This document shows positions 29,522-39,643 of a stretch of 64,000 bases of DNA, one piece after another. The DNA is from a virus. Numbering within the stretch: the first letter of the stretch is position 1; every line of letters starts with the position of its first letter. The notes beneath the pieces are model-generated. The model was not told the origin of the DNA. It was given only the letters and a program-made list of their open reading frames with translations, and made no database searches. Both the position numbers and the translations under genes were made by a program. The stretch spans positions 8,294-72,293 of IMG/VR virus record IMGVR_UViG_3300024346_000044, one strand, 5' to 3'.

Positions 29522-32281
29522 ATGCCATTACTAGACTTTAAAACTGATCTAAAGTCCTTAAAATTTGGAAATGATAGACCTGATGGTGGTTCAAGTAACC
29601 AACCATTTGTAAAAAAAGAAATTCCAGATGATAGGAAACCCGCTGTTATTTCAGACGGAGGGCCAGATTTTATTTTAAGAGGTGGTGTTTTAGCCCCTAT
29701 TAGAGCAGTAGATGATGCTATAAGGACTACTAAATTATTTTTAGATACTCCCCAAGGTCTTCTATTTACTGCAAAAATGAACCTCCTATCTAGGATGGCT
29801 CCAAAAACAATAGCTGCTCAAGGAGCAGGATATGCAGGAGGTAATATTAACCAAGGTGCATATTTACCTACATCTACTATAGCTCAAACAGGATTAGGAT
29901 ATAGTGGTACTCATACTAATACATTTGGTTTAAATCCTTTTTCACCCGGAGATCAAAACCCATCTTTAGCAAAACAGTTAGCATCTGGTGGATTAGTTAG
30001 ATATGAAAGTGCAATTTTAGGTATTAGTGGTAATGGAGAAAGATTATTAGGAGGTCTTACATCTCCTTTATCTGAGCTTTACGATGATAAAATACTATTA
30101 AAATCACCAGACCCTAATATACTATCATATTCAGGAGGACCTGGGGCACATTTAGGAATAGGTAATACTAATATTAAATTTTCTACTATAAGTCTAGGTC
30201 AGAATAGGACAGGTATTAATAATCCCCTATATGTAGATAATTATACTTTCTTTATTGAGGGTACTAAAAAAAGTGTTTTAACATCAGATGATATAATTTT
30301 AAGCACTTTTTCAAATAAAGAACCACTTGGAAAAACAGACTATAAACAACTATTAAATGCTGGTGATGATTTTGATGCTAATATTACTAATGATGGAGGA
30401 ATAACCTGGGATAATCTATCAGGACAAAGGGTGTACAAGGCAAAAACATTAGAACCTAATTTACCTTTTATAACTGCATCTAAATCAAAAAAATTAAGTG
30501 ATACTGAAGCCTCTGATTTTACAAACCCTCAAGGTACTAATTATGTAGACATTGCTGGATTTGGGGGTAATAATGGTAACTATACCGATGATCTTAGTAG
30601 TGATGGTGATAAAACCTGGGTAAATACCTCAATAAATCAGATATATGAATCCGGGTCATTAGAACCTAATACATCCCCTGATTTTTTATTAGCAAATTCT
30701 AAAAGTTTAAGTGACACTGAAGCCTCTGATTTTAAAAACCCTCAAGGTACTAACTATACAAATATTGTTGGGTTTGGAGGTAATAATGGTGCTTATGCTG
30801 ATGACCTTAGCAGTGATAGTGATAAAACCTGGGTAAATACCTCAATAAACCAAGTATACAAATCAGGGTCATTAGAATTTTTTAGTGGTGGGGTAACTAC
30901 ATCATCTAAAAATCAAACTACTGAAGATTGGATTAACCCATCAGTACAATTAAAAACCCCTACGGGCCCCACTAATTACGCTGAGTTATTAGGTGAAAGT
31001 GGAAATACATTAGATCCTGATGTAACTAGTGATAGTGGGATTGCATGGAATGAACCTAGTCATAACTCTACAACAGTAGGAGCAGGATCAACAGCTTTAA
31101 AATTTAACAGTAATGCTGTAGAAGTTACTAATCGATATAAAAATATTCAATTCACCAGCACACAAGATGCATCATCCCCATTAACAGATTTTAGAGATTT
31201 ACCTATACCTCTATTAGCTCCTATTTCTAATGGTTTTAATCAGTTAAATAATGTAGTAGGCACAATGCAAGTTAATTTTTCAATAAATGCTGGAGTTGGG
31301 CAAAGTGTTTATAATAATGGCATTGCATTTGGTCAAGACGCATCAGATGCTATTGAAACTAATGTAGAATTTATAAAGGAAACAGGAAATGGAGTTGCTA
31401 CATGGACTCAAGGTGATTTTGAATCATTAACCGAGAGTGACTTACACCCCCAAACTCAAGCAATAAGAGATTTTAGAGAAGATATATTAGAATTAGATCT
31501 TCCCGCTGACTCAACTAAAAAAGTATTATCTAGGTTTAATGGAGATTATAGTGCAAAAAGAATAGATATAAGAACTAATGTTGGTGACCCAGGTGCTAGA
31601 AGAAATATTCAGAATTATTCTGTAGGAGGTCAACAAGCATTAGATAAAATAACAGCTTCCCCAATTTATAGTGGAGCCCAAGCTACTCATGCTGGAGAAA
31701 AAAACGATTTAGTAAAATTTAGTATTGGTTATATTAATAATAATAATAGTGGAACTTCTAATTTTATGAATTTTAGAGCTTATATTGATTCTTTTGAAGA
31801 TGCCTACACTGCAGATTGGGGTGAAACTCAATATGCGGGAAGAGCTGATAAATTTTACAATTATAAAGGATTTGGTAGAAGTATTAGTATGGGATTTAAA
31901 GTGTATGCTACTTCAAAACCAGAATTAATTCCAATGTATAAAAAACTAAACTTTTTAGCCTCAGGTTTGGCCCCAACCTATTCAGGTGGTGGGTTTATGC
32001 AAGGTAATTTATCAAGAATAACAGTTGGTGGTTATTTATTCAATCAGCTTGGATTCATTAAATCTCTTACGTATACTATACCTCAATCAAGTACATGGGA
32101 AATAGGGTTAGATAGTAATGGAGGATTAGATAGTAGTGTTAAAGAATTACCACATATGATAGAAGTAACAGGATTTACATTCCAACCAATACAAGAATTT
32201 GTACCTCGAATTGGAAACCCAAATGATTTAGGGAATACTCCTTATATAGCACTTAGTAATGGAGGAAATACAAACTATTAA
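29522..32281 (+). CDS. Baseplate tube-initiator-like protein (gp48/gp54-like) with repeat insertion
   Basis: C-terminal FRAYIDSFEDAYTADW..TQYAGRADKFYNYKGFGRSISMGF tube-like domain; internal 71-aa duplication. Confidence 0.6.
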   Translation: MPLLDFKTDLKSLKFGNDRPDGGSSNQPFVKKEIPDDRKPAVISDGGPDFILRGGVLAPIRAVDDAIRTTKLFLDTPQGLLFTAKMNLLSRMAPKTIAAQGAGYAGGNINQGAYLPTSTIAQTGLGYSGTHTNTFGLNPFSPGDQNPSLAKQLASGGLVRYESAILGISGNGERLLGGLTSPLSELYDDKILLKSPDPNILSYSGGPGAHLGIGNTNIKFSTISLGQNRTGINNPLYVDNYTFFIEGTKKSVLTSDDIILSTFSNKEPLGKTDYKQLLNAGDDFDANITNDGGITWDNLSGQRVYKAKTLEPNLPFITASKSKKLSDTEASDFTNPQGTNYVDIAGFGGNNGNYTDDLSSDGDKTWVNTSINQIYESGSLEPNTSPDFLLANSKSLSDTEASDFKNPQGTNYTNIVGFGGNNGAYADDLSSDSDKTWVNTSINQVYKSGSLEFFSGGVTTSSKNQTTEDWINPSVQLKTPTGPTNYAELLGESGNTLDPDVTSDSGIAWNEPSHNSTTVGAGSTALKFNSNAVEVTNRYKNIQFTSTQDASSPLTDFRDLPIPLLAPISNGFNQLNNVVGTMQVNFSINAGVGQSVYNNGIAFGQDASDAIETNVEFIKETGNGVATWTQGDFESLTESDLHPQTQAIRDFREDILELDLPADSTKKVLSRFNGDYSAKRIDIRTNVGDPGARRNIQNYSVGGQQALDKITASPIYSGAQATHAGEKNDLVKFSIGYINNNNSGTSNFMNFRAYIDSFEDAYTADWGETQYAGRADKFYNYKGFGRSISMGFKVYATSKPELIPMYKKLNFLASGLAPTYSGGGFMQGNLSRITVGGYLFNQLGFIKSLTYTIPQSSTWEIGLDSNGGLDSSVKELPHMIEVTGFTFQPIQEFVPRIGNPNDLGNTPYIALSNGGNTNY
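30494..30877 (+). repeat. Tandem duplication with 213-nt period (30494-30664 / 30707-30877)
   Basis: LSDTEASDF.NPQGTNY..I.GFGGNNG.Y.DDLSSD.DKTWVNTSINQ.Y.SGSLE occurs twice. Confidence 0.85.
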
Positions 32282-32283
32282 AA

Positions 32284-32610
32284 ATGGATAGATATTCAAA
32301 TATAGAAATTTTAAAAAATATTAGTTATGGGGCAGATGTTACTGTAGGTACTCAATATTATGCTACCACAAAATACCCAGAAATTCCATTAAGTGAAAAT
32401 GATATTTATGTTATAACAGATTTTGGTGATAGGTTAGATCTATTATCAAATCAATTTTACCAGGATATTACTTTATATTGGATAATAGCTATTGCAAATC
32501 CTAATAAACTTAATTTAGGTTCTATTAATATACCCCCAGGTACTCAATTAAGAATCCCAACTGACATAGTTGGTGTATTACAAAGTTATAATTTATTAAA
32601 TGCACAGTAA
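32284..32610 (+). CDS. LysM-like baseplate wedge protein (gp53-like)
   Basis: GDRLDLLSNQFYQDITLYWIIAIAN...PGTQLRIP. Confidence 0.85.
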   Translation: MDRYSNIEILKNISYGADVTVGTQYYATTKYPEIPLSENDIYVITDFGDRLDLLSNQFYQDITLYWIIAIANPNKLNLGSINIPPGTQLRIPTDIVGVLQSYNLLNAQ

Positions 32611-35600
32611 TGAGTATAATAGGCGAAGGATTTTCCGATTGGATGAAAAAACAAGTAGAAGTTCGACAAAGAACTTTAGGATCAGGTTTAGTAGATAATA
32701 AAAGAAATATATCATCAGCAAATACGGATTCTATTTCCCCTTTTTTAAACTCATCACCTTGGATTAGAATGGCTAGTTCTGTTGACTTAGTTCAATATAA
32801 CGAAACAGAGAAAAAAGAATCCTCAGTACCTAAAAGTACTAAAACAGTATTAGATCTTTTTAAGTCCCAAGATGAATTTTCTAGTTATATTAATTCTTTT
32901 GAGGGTAGTGGATTAGCTAAAAATTTTGTGCTACATAATGGAGTAATGGCTGTGCCCAACCCATCAGCAACAATACCTGTAGCAGGAAATCAATATTCAG
33001 GTTTAAATGATAAAGCATTTAACTCTAATAGTACAGTAAATACTGGTAATATTTTTGGAGGTACTTATGGATTTGGTTCTTCTGTAACATTGCAAGATGG
33101 ACAAGGTCCAGTTCCTATGCCTGGAATAACATCAGTTTCTTTTAGTTACCAAAATGATGGTGCCCTATCTAAGGCATCAGTACAAATAAAGGCATATAGT
33201 CAATTCCAATTCCAACTAATAGATGTATTATTTCAAAGACCTGGGTATACTGTATTATTAGAATTTGGACATACTACTTTTTTAGATAATTTTGGAAATA
33301 CTCAATATGCAGGTCAAGGTGAATATGCAACAACATCTCCTTTTAATAAAATGTGGGAAGGTTCTTTACCACAATATAAAATAGCATCTGAAATTGCAAA
33401 AGAAAAACAAAAATGGTGTGGAAATTATGAAGGTAATTTTATGAAAATTTCTAAATTTAATTGGAAATTTAATCCTGATGGAACCTATGATATAACTTGT
33501 AATTTAGTAGGATGTGGTGATGTAATTAATTCGTTAAAACTGAATACAGCTCCCAACAATCAATTACAATTAAAAGCAGAATCCGGTCAAGCCGCTAACG
33601 AAGAACAAAGAGAAGCTGCAGGTGAAGATGGAGTAGTAATAGTATCAGAAGCTATAGCTTCAAGTTTAAATTATGCTTTATATAGAGTATATATGACACA
33701 ACAAATAGCTCAAGGAATTAATACTGGTTATGGAGCTTGGGCTAATTTTGTAAATTTTTTCTCAAGTCCTTTTGCTAATATAAAAATAGCAGAGGCTATT
33801 ATCCCAGATTTTCCAACCCCTAATTTTTCAATTATAAATAATGATGGTTCAATAGGAACATATAACCCTAAAAAAGATCAAAATAACCCACAAAGGATAT
33901 TCACAAGTTTTAAATATAATAAAAAGGGAATTACAATAAAGGGTGGTACTATGTCTGTTAAAAATGCAACAGGTTCAACTTCAAGTACATATACCCCCCA
34001 AACATATATTACTTTTGGACATTTAATGGCTTTATTATTAACTAATTGTAATCTTGTAGATTCTAATAATATCCCATTAACTTACCTAAATATGAATTTT
34101 CAAAATTTAGATGAAGATAGTATTTTAGTAAAAACCTTTCCTGGTCATTTTTCTGCAGATCCTAATATATGTGTTATCCCTCCAACAGTGATTAATAAAG
34201 ATGTATCAGATGGTGCATTTCAAAGACAAGAAAAAATAGGTAATTATGATTTTGTTAAAGCAATGGCAGTTCCTGAAATTGCAAAATTTGCAGTAGAAGG
34301 TGAACCTGAAAAAGGTAGATTAGCATGTGTATATTTAGACATTAATTTTATAGCGAGTATATTAAAAAATAATAAAGATAAAGAAGACCAAAGTATATCA
34401 GTCCTTTCATTCCTCCAGGGAATATTATCAGGAATAAATGAGGCTTTAGGAGGTATAAATAATTTTAGAGTATTATTTAATGAAAATACTCATATGATTG
34501 ATATTGTAAATCAAGTTCCTTTTAATGACAAAGAAACTGACAAAACCCAACCTAATTTAACTACTATAAATACTTTTGGGTTAACCCCAGGACAAGGATG
34601 TTTTATTACTGATTTAAGTTTAAAAGCAGAATTAACTGATAAATTTGCAGCTCAAATATCAATAGGAGCTCAAAATAATGGGAATACAAATGGAACTAAT
34701 GCAGGTTCGTTTTCATCATATAATTATGGTTTAATTGACAGAATAACTCCAATTAAAAAACAAGTTAAAGAAGGAGATGCAGTTAAAGATCCCCCAGAGA
34801 AAAAAAATACATTTACCCCAGACCCAGACCCAATTGGTACTATTTTTAGTGATAAAGTTTCAGAAGTTTTATATGAAGTATATGAAGATTTTGAATTTAC
34901 ATCTGAGTATGTTAGCACTTTAAAAAATATACAAAGTGATTACTGTAATGCAGTTATGGGACATAAGGCATCTGGAAAAACAACACCTGATGGTAAAGCA
35001 ACAGCAGCAGCACCATTTTTTTTACCATTTAATTTAGGTTTAACCATGCATGGAATATCAGGTATGAGAATTTTTCAATCTTTTAAAACAGATGGAAAAG
35101 TTTTACCTTATACCTACAAAAGTGATAATGTTCAATTAATCATTAAAAGTTATAGCCATAAAGTAGATGTTGGTGGGTGGGAAACTAGCATTGAAACTAT
35201 GACAAAACCTATAATGGGACCTATAGGTAAAAACCAATCAAATCCTCCACAAAATACTAGTACAACAGGAACTGCAGGTTCAAGTAATTCATCAACATCA
35301 ACTTCAGCCCCAGTAACAGATGAAGGAACATACACACCAGACCCAAATGGTACTATAACTAGTGGTTACCCATTAAATAAAATTTATTATGATGGGCCTA
35401 CAAATAAAACACAAATTTATCTCCACCACACAGCAGGAAGACAGAATATTAAAAATACAGTTCATGGTTGGAATAATAGAACTGATCATGTTGCTACTCA
35501 TTATATAACAAACAATGCAGGAGAAAAAGAACAATTATTTGTAGATGAAGCATGGGCTAACCATTTAGGATTACCTGGATCTACATTTAAAAAATTCGGG

Positions 35601-36011
35601 GTTTCTTACCAAAATTTAAATAAAGTAAGTTTAGGTATTGAATTACAAGCAGCTGGAGGATTAAAGAAACAATCAAATGGTACATACCAAACATGGTTTA
35701 AACAAAATCTCCCATTATCTAAGGTAGCAAGACCAGTAGATAAAAATGGTCGTTTTACAGAATATAAAGGATACCAATATTATGAAAAATATTCAAATGC
35801 TCAAATTAATAATATAAGACAAATAGTAACAGGATGGATGAGTAAATATGGTATTCCTTATACATTTAATTATGATGAATTATTTACATTAAATAAAGTA
35901 CCATTAACTGGTAAGCCTGGTATTTATACACATAATAGTGTCCGTACAGATAAATTTGATGTATTTCCTCAAAAAGAATTAATTGACATGCTAAAAAGTA
36001 TACAAACGTAA
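32610..36011 (+). CDS. Baseplate hub protein with C-terminal N-acetylmuramoyl-L-alanine amidase
   Basis: PMPGITS, RPGYTVLLEFG hub-like motifs; Ser/Thr linker; amidase motifs HHTAG, ATHY, HLG, GIEL, THNSVRTDKFD. Confidence 0.75.
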   Translation: MSIIGEGFSDWMKKQVEVRQRTLGSGLVDNKRNISSANTDSISPFLNSSPWIRMASSVDLVQYNETEKKESSVPKSTKTVLDLFKSQDEFSSYINSFEGSGLAKNFVLHNGVMAVPNPSATIPVAGNQYSGLNDKAFNSNSTVNTGNIFGGTYGFGSSVTLQDGQGPVPMPGITSVSFSYQNDGALSKASVQIKAYSQFQFQLIDVLFQRPGYTVLLEFGHTTFLDNFGNTQYAGQGEYATTSPFNKMWEGSLPQYKIASEIAKEKQKWCGNYEGNFMKISKFNWKFNPDGTYDITCNLVGCGDVINSLKLNTAPNNQLQLKAESGQAANEEQREAAGEDGVVIVSEAIASSLNYALYRVYMTQQIAQGINTGYGAWANFVNFFSSPFANIKIAEAIIPDFPTPNFSIINNDGSIGTYNPKKDQNNPQRIFTSFKYNKKGITIKGGTMSVKNATGSTSSTYTPQTYITFGHLMALLLTNCNLVDSNNIPLTYLNMNFQNLDEDSILVKTFPGHFSADPNICVIPPTVINKDVSDGAFQRQEKIGNYDFVKAMAVPEIAKFAVEGEPEKGRLACVYLDINFIASILKNNKDKEDQSISVLSFLQGILSGINEALGGINNFRVLFNENTHMIDIVNQVPFNDKETDKTQPNLTTINTFGLTPGQGCFITDLSLKAELTDKFAAQISIGAQNNGNTNGTNAGSFSSYNYGLIDRITPIKKQVKEGDAVKDPPEKKNTFTPDPDPIGTIFSDKVSEVLYEVYEDFEFTSEYVSTLKNIQSDYCNAVMGHKASGKTTPDGKATAAAPFFLPFNLGLTMHGISGMRIFQSFKTDGKVLPYTYKSDNVQLIIKSYSHKVDVGGWETSIETMTKPIMGPIGKNQSNPPQNTSTTGTAGSSNSSTSTSAPVTDEGTYTPDPNGTITSGYPLNKIYYDGPTNKTQIYLHHTAGRQNIKNTVHGWNNRTDHVATHYITNNAGEKEQLFVDEAWANHLGLPGSTFKKFGVSYQNLNKVSLGIELQAAGGLKKQSNGTYQTWFKQNLPLSKVARPVDKNGRFTEYKGYQYYEKYSNAQINNIRQIVTGWMSKYGIPYTFNYDELFTLNKVPLTGKPGIYTHNSVRTDKFDVFPQKELIDMLKSIQT

Positions 36012-37006
36012 TGTATTATCCTAAAAGTAGAATAATAGAGGGTCTTTACACTAATGGTGGAGAATTTAAATATAAAATTAATAATGAAATCTACATTGGT
36101 TATTATCATAAATTTTATAATGGGAAAACATTTTCAGGAAAAACACAAAATTCCCTCCCAAAACAAGAAATTATCCCAATAATAGGGAATTTAAATTCTG
36201 ATGTAGATAAATTATATATTTTAAATACTGATACTAAGATAGCTTTATTTTTAAATGACCCTGATCCAATAGTAGACATTAGTAAATGGAACCAATCAGA
36301 AATTATTAAATATTTAAAACTTAAAGGTTTACCAACGAATGAAGATAATCCTAGAAATGTTCCACAAATCTATTATCCAAACCCAACAGATAAAGATTAT
36401 GAAAATAGGACAATAAAGAGATATTTTGCTATGAAAATAAATGAACGAGATGTTTTTGTAGAGATATCAAAAGATACATATAAAAAGTTAAAGGATCAAG
36501 ATAAAAAGTGGATGTGGGAAAGGTACCAAATATTTACTTTAGTTTGGACTATAGTGGGTGAAACCAAGTCACAAGTAGAAGAAACTAACAGAAATATATT
36601 ATATCTTAAGCAAAGAGAAATAAGAAGAAATGGATTAATAGCATATTTAAGGGGCAACTATTCTAAGTTTTTTAAATCACTATCCCAATTAAAATTAGAA
36701 ATGGCACCCCCTCAATCTAAAAAGATAAATAAAACTCCTCCTAATGCTAATCCTATCCCACCTTCACCATCTGAAGTAAGATCTAAAAAGTTTTTCGATA
36801 AAAAGGAAAAATTAGAAGTAGCAGAAATATTAGCATTAAACCGAGAAATTGAAATGAAAGAAGGTCAACAAAAATCAAATAAACCCCTATTTGGTAACCC
36901 TGATGTTAAAGAAAATATTTCTGAAATTCCTGAAATCCCAAATGAAATAAATGATCCAATCCCACCTACTAACTCCTCTCCTTCAACTACAACTGGGGGA
37001 TATTAA
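36011..37006 (+). CDS. Hypothetical baseplate-region protein with Pro-rich tail
   Basis: MYYPKS..LYTNGGEF, YIGYYH, PTDKDY...RYF; translationally coupled to the hub gene. Confidence 0.6.
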   Translation: MYYPKSRIIEGLYTNGGEFKYKINNEIYIGYYHKFYNGKTFSGKTQNSLPKQEIIPIIGNLNSDVDKLYILNTDTKIALFLNDPDPIVDISKWNQSEIIKYLKLKGLPTNEDNPRNVPQIYYPNPTDKDYENRTIKRYFAMKINERDVFVEISKDTYKKLKDQDKKWMWERYQIFTLVWTIVGETKSQVEETNRNILYLKQREIRRNGLIAYLRGNYSKFFKSLSQLKLEMAPPQSKKINKTPPNANPIPPSPSEVRSKKFFDKKEKLEVAEILALNREIEMKEGQQKSNKPLFGNPDVKENISEIPEIPNEINDPIPPTNSSPSTTTGGY

Positions 37007-37024
37007 ATCTAGTTCGTATATTTA
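36993..37024 (+). promoter_or_regulatory. Bacteroidota-type early/middle promoter upstream of polA
   Basis: CTGG-N20-TATATTTA; TTCGTATATTT core shared with 48923, 55099 and 63910. Confidence 0.6.
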
Positions 37025-37040
37025 AGTCAAAATTAAAGTT

Positions 37041-38300
37041 ATGTTTTGGTTAGTTGAGACAGAGGATCAATTAGATAGGTTATACGAAAGCAATTTTAAG
37101 GAGGCATTTATTGAAATAATCCCTTATGATTATAGAGAACACCCATGTCAAAGCCAAATTTGTGCGGTTTATATTAGACCTTTAGAATCAACAAAAGGAT
37201 TTATTATACCTTACAACCATAGCGAAACATTTAAAATAGACATAAATAAAGCAGAAAAAATAATAGAGAAATTTGATAAGATATACGTTAGAGATAAGAA
37301 AGAATTTTTACATTACTACCCAATTCAAACTCTTTTCGACATTACTTTACATTGTCCTACATATATACCAGAACAAACACCGACTCATTATCATTTTCAC
37401 AAAAATAATCAAAACGCCTATAACGCGAGTATATTAATTCCAATCGTTAAGCACTATGAGTATTGTGAAAAAATTTTTAATAACATTAAATCGCATATAA
37501 ATGACCAAATCAATGAATTTTACAACAACGACGCCACAATGGTGTTCAACGCTATCGAAAGAAATGGAATACGAATTAATAGAAGAGAATTTGAAAAGAA
37601 CTTTCACGTACCAAATTCCGATTTCGTATTTACACAATTTAACTTCAAAACCCTCACAAGAAGACCCTCAAATAAATTTAAAAAAGTAAATTATGCCGCG
37701 CTCAAAAAAGATAATGGTGAAAGAAAATCTTTCATTCCCAATAATGACCTTTTTGTGGAATTGGATATTAGTGCTTATCATCCTACCCTTTTGGCTCATT
37801 TGGTACATTACAAGTTTAATACTGATGACATTCATGAAGCTTTTAGTAAGATGTATGGTGTTGACTACAAAACAGCAAAAGAAATTACTTTTAAACAGCT
37901 TTACGGAGGAATTTTTAAAGAATACAAAGAACTAGAGTTTTTTAAAAAGGTTCAAAAATATATAGATGAACTGTGGCAAAAGTTCCAAAGCGATGGTTAC
38001 ATTGAAGTACCGATATCAAAATGGAAATTTAAAAAAGATGAACTGGAAAATATGAATCCGCAAAAACTGTTAAATTACTTACTTCAAGGCTTGGAGACCG
38101 CAATGAATGTTCGTATATTGTGGGAAATAATGAAGGTGTTAAAAGGTAAGAATACAAAAGTTGTATTATATACTTATGATAGTTTCTTATTTGACCTCGA
38201 TAAGAGTGAAAAAGATACGTTTAATTTAATTTTAAAAATATTTGAAAAATACAAACTAACAACAAAAATGAACTATGGAACAGACTATGATTTTAGATAA
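37041..38300 (+). CDS. Short divergent family A DNA polymerase
   Basis: Motif A ELDISAYHP, motif B AKEITFKQLYGG, NYLLQG, motif C LYTYDSFLFD; T-RRP upstream. Confidence 0.8.
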   Translation: MFWLVETEDQLDRLYESNFKEAFIEIIPYDYREHPCQSQICAVYIRPLESTKGFIIPYNHSETFKIDINKAEKIIEKFDKIYVRDKKEFLHYYPIQTLFDITLHCPTYIPEQTPTHYHFHKNNQNAYNASILIPIVKHYEYCEKIFNNIKSHINDQINEFYNNDATMVFNAIERNGIRINRREFEKNFHVPNSDFVFTQFNFKTLTRRPSNKFKKVNYAALKKDNGERKSFIPNNDLFVELDISAYHPTLLAHLVHYKFNTDDIHEAFSKMYGVDYKTAKEITFKQLYGGIFKEYKELEFFKKVQKYIDELWQKFQSDGYIEVPISKWKFKKDELENMNPQKLLNYLLQGLETAMNVRILWEIMKVLKGKNTKVVLYTYDSFLFDLDKSEKDTFNLILKIFEKYKLTTKMNYGTDYDFR

Positions 38301-38748
38301 AGAGGTCAATACGTATAAGGTGGACGATTTCCAAGATTTCTCCACATTAAATTTACACGATTTGAACAATAAGCTATTTTGCACCTTTACTACCCTAGAA
38401 GAACTCGATGGGTTAATTAAAAGCATAACATCCAGCTATGATATCATGTACAACAAATTATTTGTTCTTCATGTAAAAAGCAATGATGAATATGTTTGCA
38501 CTTACAATATTGATCAAGGTAACGTATCTGATCTTCCTAAAAATACAATCCTAGTACATAGAAAAAAAGATTCCAATACATTATATACTATTAATGCTCT
38601 TAATGAGTTAATTAAAAAGTTAAATAATGGTATTGTTGATACAAAATTTCCAATAGATTGGAAACATTACCGAAATACCATCTTGTTAACACAACATGAT
38701 GAGTTAAGACAATTAAAGACAAAAATCCACAAGATTATTGAACTTTAA
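38275..38748 (+). CDS. Hypothetical protein (true start probably TTG 38362, MNNKLFCTF)
   Basis: Globular ORF with VHRKKDSNTLYTINALN. A late-type motif at 38309 lies inside the called N-terminus. Confidence 0.65.
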   Translation: MEQTMILDKEVNTYKVDDFQDFSTLNLHDLNNKLFCTFTTLEELDGLIKSITSSYDIMYNKLFVLHVKSNDEYVCTYNIDQGNVSDLPKNTILVHRKKDSNTLYTINALNELIKKLNNGIVDTKFPIDWKHYRNTILLTQHDELRQLKTKIHKIIEL

Positions 38749-38780
38749 TTTGGATTATTGAAATCAAGTTATTATATTAA
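38749..38780 (+). promoter_or_regulatory. Bacteroidota sigma70-type promoter upstream of SSB operon
   Basis: TTTG 38749, TATATTAA 38773. Confidence 0.65.
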
Positions 38781-38797
38781 AACAAAAGTTATAAATT

Positions 38798-39634
38798 ATG
38801 AATTTAGATATCATCAAACAAAAATTAGACTCTTTAAATAAGCAGTCAACAAACTCCCAAAACGGAGAAAGAAAACAATTATTTTGGAAACCTACAGTAG
38901 GTAAACAAATAATTAGAGTAGTTCCTTCAAAATTTAATAAGGAATTCCCATTTACAGAAATGAAATTTTACTATGGAATTGGTAAAAAAGTAATGGCATC
39001 ACCCTCAAATTGGGGTGAAAAAGATCCAATTATCGAATTTTGTAAGAAATTACGTGATTCATCAGATAGAGAAAATTGGAGATTAGCTAAAAAATTAGAG
39101 CCAAAAACCAGAACATTTGCCCCTGTTATTATAAGAGGTGAAGAAGCTGAAGGTGTTAAACTATGGCAATTTGGAAAAGAAGTATACGATGCTTTCTTAA
39201 ACATGGCTTACGATGAAGAGATAGGTGACTACACTAACATTGCAAATGGTAGAGATATCAAATTGACAACAGTAGGACCAGAATCTACAGGTACTCCTTA
39301 CAATAAGACAACAATTGGACCATCATTAAAATTAACTCCATTATCAGATAACCAAGAAACAGTTACTGAATTGTTAGATAATCAAGTTGATCCAATGAAA
39401 ATCTTTAAGCCACTTTCTTATGATGAAATGAAAAATGCATTACAAGAATGGTTATCACCTGAAGAAAGTGAAGGTTCTATATCATCTGAACCTGCAGTAG
39501 CATTTGATAGTGATAAAAAAGAGACTCCAAAATCTAATTATTCATTAAAATCACCATCAAAATCAGACCAATTTGATAATATGTTTAATGACAATAAGTC
39601 TTCAAAAACTGAAGATGATGGTTTACCATTTTAA
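38798..39634 (+). CDS. Single-stranded DNA-binding protein (gp32-like)
   Basis: FWKP..GKQ.IR.VP, DPI.E, GVKLWQFGK, GRDIKL, acidic DDGLPF tail. Confidence 0.85.
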   Translation: MNLDIIKQKLDSLNKQSTNSQNGERKQLFWKPTVGKQIIRVVPSKFNKEFPFTEMKFYYGIGKKVMASPSNWGEKDPIIEFCKKLRDSSDRENWRLAKKLEPKTRTFAPVIIRGEEAEGVKLWQFGKEVYDAFLNMAYDEEIGDYTNIANGRDIKLTTVGPESTGTPYNKTTIGPSLKLTPLSDNQETVTELLDNQVDPMKIFKPLSYDEMKNALQEWLSPEESEGSISSEPAVAFDSDKKETPKSNYSLKSPSKSDQFDNMFNDNKSSKTEDDGLPF

Positions 39635-39643
39635 TAAAAATAC

